The position numbers were made by a program, and so were the translations under genes. From assembly GCA_000091165.1 (NCBI GenBank), contig FP565575.1:1050001-1082000 (forward strand): 32,000 nucleotides of DNA. Reading direction: 5' to 3'. The first letter of the stretch is position 1, and each line of letters begins with the position of its first letter. The notes under the pieces were generated by a model. The model ran no database searches. It was not told where the DNA came from and was given only the letters and a program-made list of their open reading frames with translations. Of this stretch, positions 5,992 to 14,927 are shown in pieces. The DNA is from Candidatus Methylomirabilis oxygeniifera (GTDB lineage Bacteria > Methylomirabilota > Methylomirabilia > Methylomirabilales > Methylomirabilaceae).

Positions 5992-8709
5992 CTACTTGCC
6001 GGCGCGGGTGCGAAGCTCCTTCAGCGCAGACTCCAGGCGTTTGACTTCATCGCCGTAGCCGGCGAAGTTGCCCTGCCGAAGTAGGTCCTGTGCCCGCGTA
6101 TAATGGTCGTAGGCGCGAGCGGCCAGCGCCTTGAGTGAACTGTCAACCTCTGCGGGTGCCCCCACGGGGGCCCCCGGAATCATGGCCGTGACAGGGCCCC
6201 TCGCCGCGCCGCCAAAGACTCTGGCCAGAGCGCCGTCGAGTGTTTCTTCCATGGCGATCGAGTTCCCATGCGCGACGATGATCCGCTTCAACTCCGGCAG
6301 CGACCCCTTCTCGGCCGCCAGGTAGAGTGGCTGGACATAGAGCAGTGACCGCTCGATCGGGATGGCCAGCATGCTGCCTCGGATCACGGTAGAGCCGCGT
6401 TGGCTCCAGAGCGAGAGCTGCTGCGAGATAAAGGAGTCCTGGTCGATACGGGCGTTGATCTGCCGCGGACCGTAGACCATCTTCGCCTTGGGGAAGTTGA
6501 AGGCGGTCAGCTTCCCGTAGTTCGGCGGGTCGCTGCGGGCTGCGAGCCAGGCGATCATATTGTCTTTCTTGTTCGGTGTGAACGGTAAGAGGAGGATAAA
6601 CTCTTCCTTCGTCTCGTCCGGAAGCCGCATGATGGTATGGTACGGCTCCATCTCGGCAGGAATGCTCCAGAGATCTTCTTTGTTGTAAAACACCTGGGGG
6701 TCCTGCATATGGTAGGTGCTGTAGAGTCTGGCCTGGATGTTGAACATCCCTTGAGGATAGCGAAGATGGCTCTTCAGGTCGTCCGGCATCGCCTCGAGCG
6801 GTTGAAACAGTCCAGGGAATGCCCGGTCGTAGGCCTTGATCACGGGATCTGTCTGATCGGCGATGTAGAAGCTGAGGCTCCCGTTGTAGGCGTCTACCAC
6901 CACCTTGACCGAGTTGCGAATATAGTTGCCCACGCCGCGGATCGGTTCGGAATACGGGTACATATCCGAGATGGTGTAGGCGTCGATGATCCAAAACAGA
7001 CGGCCGTCCTTGGCGATAACCATATACGCGTCCCGATCGAAGCTTAAAAAGGGCGCCGCCTTCTGGACTCGCTCGGAGATCTGTCGGTGATACATGATCC
7101 TGCTGTCCAACGTCAGGTCTTGTGAGAGGAGGATCTTGAGCGTCCCGAAGCGGGTGGCGAACAGGAGTTTTCGTCCGAGGGTCGTGAGCGGCACACCCCC
7201 GTCGCCGGTATACGTGCTGTAGACGTTTTTATCGCCTGAGGGGTAATCCAACTCCTGGGCTTGCGTCTTGACGATGACGTAGTCGTTAGCGACCTCGCTG
7301 TAGTAGATCTCCGGACGCGTGACCTTGATCGGCGTGGTGGAGACCGGCGGGATGTCCTTGATCAGGAACTCCGGTAGCCCCTCCGGAGTAACCCGGTTGA
7401 CGGGTCCGAGGACGACCCCGTAGCCGTGGGTAAAGATCAGGTGTTCATTGATCCAACTTCGACCCGGCAGATGTTGCTGCGACATCTCTCTGGCCGAGAT
7501 CATGACCTGCCGGTACTCGCCGTCGATCTGGTACCGGTCGTTGTCCACGTCCATAAACTTATAGTAGGTCCGGATCTCCTGGAGCTGGCCGTACGTCGTG
7601 AGCAACGGACGATGATCCCAGAGACGGATATTTTTGATCGTCAGATCGTTGCGTCGCAGGTCTTCGCGGGTCAGGGTTTCCTCGGCCGGAAACTCTCGCT
7701 CATCGATCCGGTCGAGTCCATAGGCCTGCCGGGTGAAATGAATGTTGTGGGTGATGTAGGGACTTTCGGCCACGATCTCATTCGGAACGACGCGGAAGCG
7801 CTGGATAAAACTCGGATAGAGACCCAGACCGATGAGGCTGGCAAGAACCAACATGCCGATGCCGACCAGGACCAATCGCCAGCCGCGCTGGAAGATTTGG
7901 GCCAGGCAGAGGAGGGCGACAAAAATGGCCAGGATCGTCAGAAAATTGAGGGCCGGGAGGCTGGCGTTGATGTCGCTATAGCTGGCGCCGAAGACCATTC
8001 CGCTGGGGGAGTAGAGGAGCTGGTAGGTGTCGAGTCGGTAGCCAACGGCCTTAATCACGAACAGCAATGCGCCGAGCACAAGCAGGTGTGTCCTCGCCAG
8101 GCGCGCAATAATCGGCCCGCGGTTCGTGATCTGTATGCCCCTGAAGAGAACGTAGGTCATAGCGGTCACGAAGAGGATCAGGATGACTGAGCTGATCAGC
8201 CAACCATACAGGAAGTTGAGGAAGGGCAGCTTGAAGACATAGAACCCGACATCCTGCCGAAAGATCGGGTCCTCAATATCAAAAGGTAATGCGTTGGCAA
8301 AGCGGATGTAACGTTCCCATGCGGCGGCCGCCCGGAATGCCGAGAAGACCCCGAGTCCGAGAACGCCGGGGATCAAGAGGCGGCGGAAGTACGGTTCGAT
8401 GATAAAACGGCTGGGAAGTCCGAACCTGTCCTCGACCTCGAGGAGGACATCGGTGGCGGTCAATCGACTGGCCATGTACAGGTTCACGTACAGCAGGACC
8501 GCGAAGGTCAGGCCGAACGCGACAGCCAGCGTCAGTTGCGTCCTGAGCATCGTGACGAAGACGTTGGTCAGTCTCACCTCCTGAAACCAAAGCCAGTCTG
8601 AGTAGAGGGGGACCGTCTGGCTTCCAAGCACAAGGACGACCAGCAGGATCAGGACGTAGGCGATCTGCCTGCCCTTCAGTTCACCAGCGCTTCCATTGTA
8701 TTGCGCCAT
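5992..8709 (-). CDS. UPF0182 family membrane protein (COG1615)
   Basis: 905 aa. It has about 7 N-terminal TM helices and a large extracytoplasmic domain with ...MYHRQISERVQKAAPFLSFDRDAYMVIAKDGRLFWIIDAYTISDMYPYSEP..., which I recognise as UPF0182. GGGAG lies before the ATG. Confidence 0.9.
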   Translation of the reverse strand: MAQYNGSAGELKGRQIAYVLILLVVLVLGSQTVPLYSDWLWFQEVRLTNVFVTMLRTQLTLAVAFGLTFAVLLYVNLYMASRLTATDVLLEVEDRFGLPSRFIIEPYFRRLLIPGVLGLGVFSAFRAAAAWERYIRFANALPFDIEDPIFRQDVGFYVFKLPFLNFLYGWLISSVILILFVTAMTYVLFRGIQITNRGPIIARLARTHLLVLGALLFVIKAVGYRLDTYQLLYSPSGMVFGASYSDINASLPALNFLTILAIFVALLCLAQIFQRGWRLVLVGIGMLVLASLIGLGLYPSFIQRFRVVPNEIVAESPYITHNIHFTRQAYGLDRIDEREFPAEETLTREDLRRNDLTIKNIRLWDHRPLLTTYGQLQEIRTYYKFMDVDNDRYQIDGEYRQVMISAREMSQQHLPGRSWINEHLIFTHGYGVVLGPVNRVTPEGLPEFLIKDIPPVSTTPIKVTRPEIYYSEVANDYVIVKTQAQELDYPSGDKNVYSTYTGDGGVPLTTLGRKLLFATRFGTLKILLSQDLTLDSRIMYHRQISERVQKAAPFLSFDRDAYMVIAKDGRLFWIIDAYTISDMYPYSEPIRGVGNYIRNSVKVVVDAYNGSLSFYIADQTDPVIKAYDRAFPGLFQPLEAMPDDLKSHLRYPQGMFNIQARLYSTYHMQDPQVFYNKEDLWSIPAEMEPYHTIMRLPDETKEEFILLLPFTPNKKDNMIAWLAARSDPPNYGKLTAFNFPKAKMVYGPRQINARIDQDSFISQQLSLWSQRGSTVIRGSMLAIPIERSLLYVQPLYLAAEKGSLPELKRIIVAHGNSIAMEETLDGALARVFGGAARGPVTAMIPGAPVGAPAEVDSSLKALAARAYDHYTRAQDLLRQGNFAGYGDEVKRLESALKELRTRAGK

Positions 8710-8740
8710 CGTTGCTCCCGTATTGCGCTCGGAAAGACAT

Positions 8741-9973
8741 CTAGATGAGTTGGAGTGCCTGTCCCGTCTCGGCCAGAGCTGTCAGTGCGGCATCAAGATC
8801 TGCCGTGTCGTGCGAGGCTGTCACAGTGAGACGGATCCGTTCAGTCCCGCGCGGAACGGCAGGGTAGCGGATCCCCTGAGCAAAGACGCCGCGGTTCAGG
8901 AGTTCCTGACAGAAGCGCATCGTGCGTTCGGGCTCACCCAGGATCAGAGGGATGATCTGAGTTCCGTTCTCGTTCACCTCAAATCCGATCTCCTGCAGTC
9001 CCGCCCTTATATACCGGGTGTTGTCCCACAGCCGTTGTCGCCGCTCAGGCTCTTGCTCTACGATGGTCAGCGCATCGAGTAGGGTTGCCGGCACTGCAGG
9101 CGGCAACGCGCAGGTAAAGATAAAGGGCCTTGCCCGATTGATGAGGTGCTCGATGACGGTGCGGCTTCCGACGACGTAGCCGCCGAAGGCGCCCAGCGCT
9201 TTGGCGAGGCTTCCGGTTTCGATGTCGATTCGGCCCAGCACGCCCGTTGCCTCGACGGTTCCGCGCCCGGTCTCACCCAGTACGCCGGTGCCGTGGGAGT
9301 CGTCCACCATCGTCAGGCAGCCGTAGCGTTCCGCCAGTTCGACGATCTCCCTCAAGGGCGCCACGTCTCCATCCATGCTGTAGAGGCCATCGACCACGAT
9401 AAGCCGTCGCCCGGTGGAAGTCTCTTTTCTCAAGAGATCCTCCAGAACGGCGACGTCGTTGTGCGGAAAGACCCTGACCTGGGCGCGTGACAGCCGACAG
9501 CCGTCGACGATGCTGGCATGGTTCAGCGCATCGCTGAACACCGCATCCTGTGAGTCCATCAGGGCGGAGATCACGCCCAGGTTGGCCTGATACCCGGTGC
9601 TGAACAGAAGGGCAGCCTCGACCTGTTTGAAGCGGGCGAGTCGCTCCTCTAATTGAGGATAGAGATCGTAGTTACCCGAGATCAGACGGGCCGAGGCGGC
9701 GGCGCAGCCGTACCGCATGGTGGCCTGACAGGCGGCCTCTTTCAGTTGTGGGTGGCAGGCTAGGCCGAGGTAGTCGCTTCCGGCGAGGTGGATCACCTCT
9801 CTGCCGTCTACATAAATTCGTGGGCCTTGTGGACCGTCGACCTGTCTGAGCCAGCGGTACTGGCCCTCGATCTTCAGACCGTCCAACTCGCGCTGAAGCG
9901 ACTGAGCCATATCTTGGCGCAGACGTGGATCATCACAGGTTGGCAGTACCTTTGTGTTCTCGGCGGAGAGCAT
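8741..9973 (-). CDS. bioF: 8-amino-7-oxononanoate synthase-like PLP-dependent acyltransferase
   Basis: The ORF is trimmed to MLSAENTKV. Motifs include ASARLISGNYDLYPQLEERLARFK, STGYQANLGVISAL, NHASIVDGCRLS, DDSHGTGVLG and the PLP lysine in TGSLAKALGAFGGYV. It ends 32 nt upstream of the UPF0182 start. BioF versus Kbl or another family member is not fully resolved. Confidence 0.75.
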   Translation of the reverse strand: MLSAENTKVLPTCDDPRLRQDMAQSLQRELDGLKIEGQYRWLRQVDGPQGPRIYVDGREVIHLAGSDYLGLACHPQLKEAACQATMRYGCAAASARLISGNYDLYPQLEERLARFKQVEAALLFSTGYQANLGVISALMDSQDAVFSDALNHASIVDGCRLSRAQVRVFPHNDVAVLEDLLRKETSTGRRLIVVDGLYSMDGDVAPLREIVELAERYGCLTMVDDSHGTGVLGETGRGTVEATGVLGRIDIETGSLAKALGAFGGYVVGSRTVIEHLINRARPFIFTCALPPAVPATLLDALTIVEQEPERRQRLWDNTRYIRAGLQEIGFEVNENGTQIIPLILGEPERTMRFCQELLNRGVFAQGIRYPAVPRGTERIRLTVTASHDTADLDAALTALAETGQALQLI

Positions 9974-10267
9974 TGTGTGGGCATTATAGAGGAAGTCATG
10001 ACTGGTGGGCAACCGGAATCGGACGTCGCCCGATCTCTTCGTGAGGCGCGCGACCGCTGGCCCTCGGACCCATACTCTGCACACAACCAGGAAAGGGGCC
10101 CGCGTAGACCAGCGTCATCGCCCGCAGGCTCAGCCGTTGGGAAGTCGCAGCCGAGGTTAACAAGCTGAACGGTCCTGGCGCGCCAAATTGACACACCGTT
10201 CGGGTTCGAAGTAGATCAGCTTGGTAGCTAGCCCCAGGAATGCTGGTAACTGAAATCAGCGGCGCGA

Positions 10268-11971
10268 TCATGATGTCGAGTTGTCTGGCTTGAATGCAGC
10301 TCGTCGAATCTGGATCAATGCCTCGGCTTTCGCAGCCGAGAGCCCAAAATGTTCCAGTGACCAGCGGAGAAATTCCATGCCAGCTTCGAACTCTGGCATT
10401 ACGACCTCGGACGCGCCGGCCTTCCGCAGGCGCTCAAGCTCGATGGGGTTGTGCCCCCTTGCGATAATCTCGAGGGAAGGACGAATCTGAAGGGCCTCCC
10501 TGATCGTCTGCTCTGCAGCCGCGACATCATAATGGGTGACGACCAGCAACTTCGCTCGCTCCACGCCGGCTGCCTTGAGGATATGGCGATTACTGGCGTC
10601 TCCGAAGAGACACGGCTCGCGCTGGCGCCGAAGCTCTTCGACACGAATCGGGTTCAGTTCAATCGCGACATACGGGATTCCGCAAGCGCGGAGTTGTGTT
10701 ACGATCTCACCTCCAACTCGACCGCAGCCGCAAACTACGAGGTGATTGGCATGCCGCGCGGCCTCCACCTGTGGGCCCTCAGACAGGGCCGGTTCCTCGA
10801 CGGCACGGCCCATGCGCCGAAGCAACAGGGGGGCGCTATGGCGAAGGAGGGGTGGGTTCATGACGATGGAAATTAGCGCGGCGCCAAGCACTACTCCGTA
10901 TAGGTCTTCGCTGATGAAACTTCGATCTACTCCAAGCTTGGCCAATACGAATGAGAGTTCGCCTACCTGGGCGAGGAATAAGCCTGTCATAATGGCTGTG
11001 GACCATGTGTAGCCGAAGGCACGGGTGATCATTGCGGTAAGCGCGGGCTTGAGGAGCATGATCATGAGGACGACGGCCAGGAGAGTCCAGGGGTACTGCC
11101 AGAGGATGGCTGGGTTGGTAAGCATTCCAATCGAGACGAAGAAGAGGCTGGCAAAGAGGTCTCGGCTTGGCACCAGTTCAGCCAGTACCTGGTGGCTATA
11201 GTGCGAACGGCTCACGACGAGGCCGGCCAAGTAGGCTCCAAGCGCGGGTGACAGCCCAAGGGCAGCCAAGCCAACGGTGGTGCCGATAACCACGAGAACA
11301 ACCGTCAGTAAGAAGAGTTCCCTTGAGCGAAGGCGCGCGACGGAGGTGAACAGAGCGGGCAGGAAGAGGCTCGAGACGAGGTATGCGCCGATCAACAGCA
11401 ACAGTGCGTTGCCGAGCGCGAGCAACAGCGGGCGCACGACGTCATCTCCGGGAGCGGCCCAAGCAGGGAGTAGGACTATCATGGCGACCAGGCTCATGTC
11501 CTGGAGGAGGGCAATCCCTATCGTGATCTCTCCGTGAGGCGCATCCATCTCGGCGCGGTCTAAGAGAAGTTTGAGGATGACCATCGTGCTGGAAAGGGAC
11601 ACAATCCCGCCGAAAAACAGCTGCTGGAGCAGTGGGAAACCCATGAGTTTGCCGACTGCCATTCCCGTTGCTGCAGTGAGGACCACTTGGAGCAGCCCAC
11701 CTCCGATGGCGATCCCGCGGACGCGGCGCAGCCGGGAGACCGGGAACTCCACGCCGAGTTCAAACATCAGGAGGATGAGCCCGATCTCCGCCAAGGTCGA
11801 AATGTTGTGGATATCGCTGACGGGTCCTGGCGTATACGGGCCGATGAGGATTCCGCCAAGCAGATAGCCGACGAGGGGAGGTTGGCCGAGTCGCTGTGCC
11901 GCTACCCCTCCAATAAACGCGGCACCGATCGCCAGGACGAGATCGCCGAAGAAGGGCAAGTCGGGCATCAT
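10268..11971 (-). CDS. Kef-type (CPA2) monovalent cation:proton antiporter with C-terminal RCK/TrkA-N domain
   Basis: 567 aa. It has about 12 TM helices followed by HLVVCGCGRVGGEIVTQL, a Rossmann GxGxxG motif. Confidence 0.9.
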   Translation of the reverse strand: MMPDLPFFGDLVLAIGAAFIGGVAAQRLGQPPLVGYLLGGILIGPYTPGPVSDIHNISTLAEIGLILLMFELGVEFPVSRLRRVRGIAIGGGLLQVVLTAATGMAVGKLMGFPLLQQLFFGGIVSLSSTMVILKLLLDRAEMDAPHGEITIGIALLQDMSLVAMIVLLPAWAAPGDDVVRPLLLALGNALLLLIGAYLVSSLFLPALFTSVARLRSRELFLLTVVLVVIGTTVGLAALGLSPALGAYLAGLVVSRSHYSHQVLAELVPSRDLFASLFFVSIGMLTNPAILWQYPWTLLAVVLMIMLLKPALTAMITRAFGYTWSTAIMTGLFLAQVGELSFVLAKLGVDRSFISEDLYGVVLGAALISIVMNPPLLRHSAPLLLRRMGRAVEEPALSEGPQVEAARHANHLVVCGCGRVGGEIVTQLRACGIPYVAIELNPIRVEELRRQREPCLFGDASNRHILKAAGVERAKLLVVTHYDVAAAEQTIREALQIRPSLEIIARGHNPIELERLRKAGASEVVMPEFEAGMEFLRWSLEHFGLSAAKAEALIQIRRAAFKPDNSTS

Positions 11972-12003
11972 GTGTTCACCCCGAACCCACTGAGTGCAGC
12001 GGA

Positions 12004-12093
12004 ACGTAAGTACGGTGACGCTCGCTTCTGCTCCCTCTCCAGCAGCGGGGGAGAGGGGATTGAAAAGTTACGTCGAGACAATACGTCACCGTA
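12004..12093 (-). promoter_or_regulatory. Structured 5' leader of the kef gene (nested and alternative stems)
   Basis: The 10-bp inverted repeat TACGGTGACG (12011-12020) / CGTCACCGTA (12084-12093) encloses an 8-bp hairpin CCCTCTCC (12033-12040) / GGAGAGGG (12050-12057). A competing pair is ACGTAA (12004-12009) / TTACGT (12068-12073). The whole structure ends about 35 nt upstream of the start codon. Confidence 0.3.
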
Positions 12094-12416
12094 ATTCTGG
12101 CCAGAAGGAAAAAGTGCGCAGCCGCATCCGGTGATCACGTTGTTGCGCTCGCTCTCTCGGGAGGCTGAATGCGTCCCGAGAAAGTGGGTCAGACCTTTCC
12201 GAAAGTTCTTTAACGTACTGCGCGACATCTGGTCAACCTAAATCCGGCGCCTAAAGGCGTTAGCCGCTGGCTCTCAGGCGTATAGCATGACCCTAAAATA
12301 GAGACATTGCCCCCTCACAAATATGCAAACCCGTCAATGGTGGCGGGTTGCGGTGAGGGATCACTCCTCACCAATCAGGTGAAACCACACTACCAACAGA
12401 GGGGCTAGGTGCGGTG

Positions 12417-12842
12417 AAGGGTCTGGCTCGGTTGATCAGGTATTCGATGACGGTGCGGTTTCCGACGACATAGGCCCCAAAGCCGGCAGGTGACTTGGCG
12501 AGACTTCCGGTCTCGATGTCGATCCGACCCAGCACGCCCGTCGCTCTGGTGGTCCCGCGCCCGGTCTCGCCCAGCAGGCCAGGCCAAGATAGTCGCTTCC
12601 GGCGAGGTGGATCACCTCCCTGCCGTCTACAGAAATCCGTGAGCCTTGTGGACCATCGACCTGTCTGAGCCATCGGTGCAGGCCTTCGGCCTTCAGGCTG
12701 TCCAGTTCCCGCTGAAGCGACTGAACCATGCCATCGCGTACGTGTAGAACGTCACGGGTGTCCGGCACCTGCATGTTCTCAGCAGAGATCATTATCCGGT
12801 ATTATAAAGGAAGTGCGACAGGTGAGCAACCGGAACCGGCGG
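12417..12842 (-). pseudogene. Internally deleted, 3'-truncated second copy of the bioF-like gene, including its upstream region
   Basis: About 12579-12842 aligns with about 9760-10025 (N-terminus MISAENMQV...RWLRQVDGPQGSRISVDGREVIHLAGSDYLGLA plus about 50 nt upstream). About 12417-12580 aligns with about 9122-9286 (...GETGRGTTRATGVLGRIDIETGSLAK...INRARPF). About 475 nt are missing between the two blocks, and the reading frame is broken. Confidence 0.8.
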
Positions 12843-12857
12843 CAGGCACCCTACTGC

Positions 12858-14561
12858 CTATCGGTCTCGGTAGGCGTGCGTGACGTACTCGTGGATCATC
12901 CTATCCGTATTGAAGAAAGAGGCGTTCAGCGCAATCGTAAATCGCATCAACTCCGCCCATCGGAACGGCTCACCGTAGTAAAGCGGCAGGATTTGTTCCT
13001 CCAGTTTGCAGTAGAGTTCCTCTGCGTCCTTGTCATCCCGCCTCTCGAATACCGTCCTGTTGTCTCTGGAGCCGATAGCCCAGCCCGTCACCCCCTCCAC
13101 AAGCACTTCCAGCCACCAGCCGTCGAGAACGCTGAGGCTCGGCACGCCGTTGTGGGCCGCCTTCATCCCGCTGGTACCGGATGCTTCATATGGCGGCTGC
13201 GGTGTATTGAGCCAGAGGTCCGTGCCCGAGGTGAGCAACAAACCCAGATCCATATCGTAGTTGGGCAGGTAAGCGATCCTGACCTCAGGCGCGAGCTCCC
13301 TCGCCCAGTAGAATATTTTTTGAATGAGCGCCTTTCCCTCTTCATCCTTTGGATGTGCTTTGCCGGAAAAGATTACCTGCACCGGGCCGTGCTGGAACGA
13401 AATGCGCCTGAGCCGCTCCGGATCGAAAAATAGGAGATCCGGGCGCTTGTAGGACGTCGCCCTCCGTGCAAAGCCTATGGTGAAGGCGTGCTCATTCAAC
13501 TCTGCGTGCGCCAACCTGTTGACCTCTTTGATCAGCAACCGCTTGGTCTCGTCATGGGCCTGACGAATGGCGTCAAGGGGAATACCAAGGGCGTATCGCA
13601 GGAGGAAGCTGTCCTCTCGCCAATTCGGAGTGTATCGATCATACAGGGTGCGAAATGCCGGGGCGGTCCAAGTGGCGGAATGCACGCCGTTGGTGATGGA
13701 GCCGATGGCGCGATCTGAAAATAAGGTGCGTGACACCTCACTGTGCCGTTTAGTCACCCCGTTCACGTAATCGCTCAAATGGAGTGCGACGGATGTCATG
13801 TTGAGCGAGCCGTCGCAACAGCCGAGCGCTTGCACCGCATCCCACTGGTCCGGATTCAGGACGCGTTGGGCCAGATCGAGCGGAAACTGGTCGTGACCGG
13901 CGGGGAGCGGTGTGTGAGTGGTGAAGACGCAGAGGCGCTTTACCAGATCGATGGCGTCCTCCCGCCGCTGCGGCATCTGTTTGAACTCCTCGGCAAACAA
14001 CTCCAGCGCAAGTAAAGCGGCATGACCTTCGTTCATGTGAAACCGGGAGACTCGGGTGTAACCCAGCACGCGCAGCATGCGCACGCCGCCTACCCCGAGA
14101 ATGACCTCCTGGCACAGGCGGTACCGCTGATCGCCGCCATACAGGTAGTCGGTCAGGGTGCGGTCATAGGGATCGTTGCAGGGCAGATCGGTATCCAACA
14201 GCAATACGGGAACGACGGCGCCCGACGCCCCGGTAATCAGGTACTGCCATGCGCGTACGGTGACCTGCCGCCCCTCGATCTCTACACTGATGGTGCTATC
14301 CGTCAGGTGGAGGAATTCGTCTACGGGCCAGGCAGCCGGCTCTTCATATTGACGGCCCTCTTCATCGAGTCGCTGTGAAAAGTAGCCCTTTCGGTGCAGC
14401 AACGTGACACCGACCATAGACAGCCCCAGGTCGGCAGCGCTGCGCAGCATGTCACCGGCTAATACGCCAAGCCCTCCGCTGTATGTGGGCAGAGGGCTTT
14501 CGAGTGCGACCTCCATAGAGAAGTAAGCAATGGTTCGCGGCGCGGGCCTCTCAACCTTCAT
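12858..14561 (-). CDS. glgP: Alpha-glucan (glycogen/maltodextrin) phosphorylase, GT35
   Basis: SGGLGVLAGDMLRSAADLG near the N-terminus, and EASGTSGMKAAHNG (PLP-lysine motif). The start is set at the ATG (MKVERPAPR); the TTG at 14591 is also possible. Confidence 0.9.
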   Translation of the reverse strand: MKVERPAPRTIAYFSMEVALESPLPTYSGGLGVLAGDMLRSAADLGLSMVGVTLLHRKGYFSQRLDEEGRQYEEPAAWPVDEFLHLTDSTISVEIEGRQVTVRAWQYLITGASGAVVPVLLLDTDLPCNDPYDRTLTDYLYGGDQRYRLCQEVILGVGGVRMLRVLGYTRVSRFHMNEGHAALLALELFAEEFKQMPQRREDAIDLVKRLCVFTTHTPLPAGHDQFPLDLAQRVLNPDQWDAVQALGCCDGSLNMTSVALHLSDYVNGVTKRHSEVSRTLFSDRAIGSITNGVHSATWTAPAFRTLYDRYTPNWREDSFLLRYALGIPLDAIRQAHDETKRLLIKEVNRLAHAELNEHAFTIGFARRATSYKRPDLLFFDPERLRRISFQHGPVQVIFSGKAHPKDEEGKALIQKIFYWARELAPEVRIAYLPNYDMDLGLLLTSGTDLWLNTPQPPYEASGTSGMKAAHNGVPSLSVLDGWWLEVLVEGVTGWAIGSRDNRTVFERRDDKDAEELYCKLEEQILPLYYGEPFRWAELMRFTIALNASFFNTDRMIHEYVTHAYRDR

Positions 14562-14742
14562 AGATCTGTCGTTTCCCTCCTTACAGTCCAAAAGGACAGT
14601 ACGCCATATCCGTTGTCCCTGAACGCTATTCGCTCAATGTTGCCTCCTTATAGATAGCACAACCGGGAGGATTTTGCACCTCTTATATATATTGTCGTGA
14701 GTCGCAACCATATACGTCATTGCCTCGAAAGTCCCCCTGCGG

Positions 14743-14851
14743 GTCATTGCGAGGGAGCGAAGTAACCGAAGCAATCTCACAGTCGTTGGGGTGGGTGGTT
14801 GCCGGAAAGAACAGTGAGATTGCCACGCTCCAGTTGGTCGCTTGCAATGAC
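14743..14851. repeat. Pair of inverted 38-nt GC-rich repeat units
   Basis: Unit 1 is GTCATTGCGAGGGAGCGAAGTAACCGAAGCAATCTCAC (14743-14780). Unit 2 is GTGAGATTGCCACGCTCCAGTTGGTCGCTTGCAATGAC (14814-14851). The termini GTCATTGC and GCAATCTCAC are shared in inverted orientation, and the centres differ. A partial GTCATTGCC lies at 14716-14724. Confidence 0.5.
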
Positions 14852-14898
14852 CATGCAGCGGGTGGTGAACGAAATGAGCACAGTACCCTTGTGGCCGT

Positions 14899-14927
14899 TT
14901 GACTCCGTTTCTGCGTCGCGATATGAT
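14899..14927 (+). promoter_or_regulatory. Candidate sigma70 promoter for the EF-like small gene
   Basis: TTGACT, a 17-nt spacer, then TATGAT (5/6 and 5/6 matches to consensus), about 100 nt upstream of the ATG at 15031. Confidence 0.45.

Noticed and set aside
10190-10262. tRNA-like strings (GGTTCGAA and GTAGATCAGCTTGGTAGCTAGC, resembling T-loop and D-arm consensus) in the bioF-kef intergenic region
   Set aside because: The pieces are in the wrong order for a tRNA (the T-loop-like string lies 5' of the D-arm-like string). I could not build an acceptor stem, a 7-nt anticodon loop or a T stem on either strand. At most this is a scrambled tRNA or att relic, and that cannot be shown by eye.
12300-12385. 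Alternative hairpins (CCCTCAC...GTGAGGG and GGTGAGG-GATCACT-CCTCACC) resembling a terminator/antiterminator
   Set aside because: They lie at the truncated 3' junction of the bioF pseudogene with no downstream gene to regulate. They are more likely a recombination-junction by-product.
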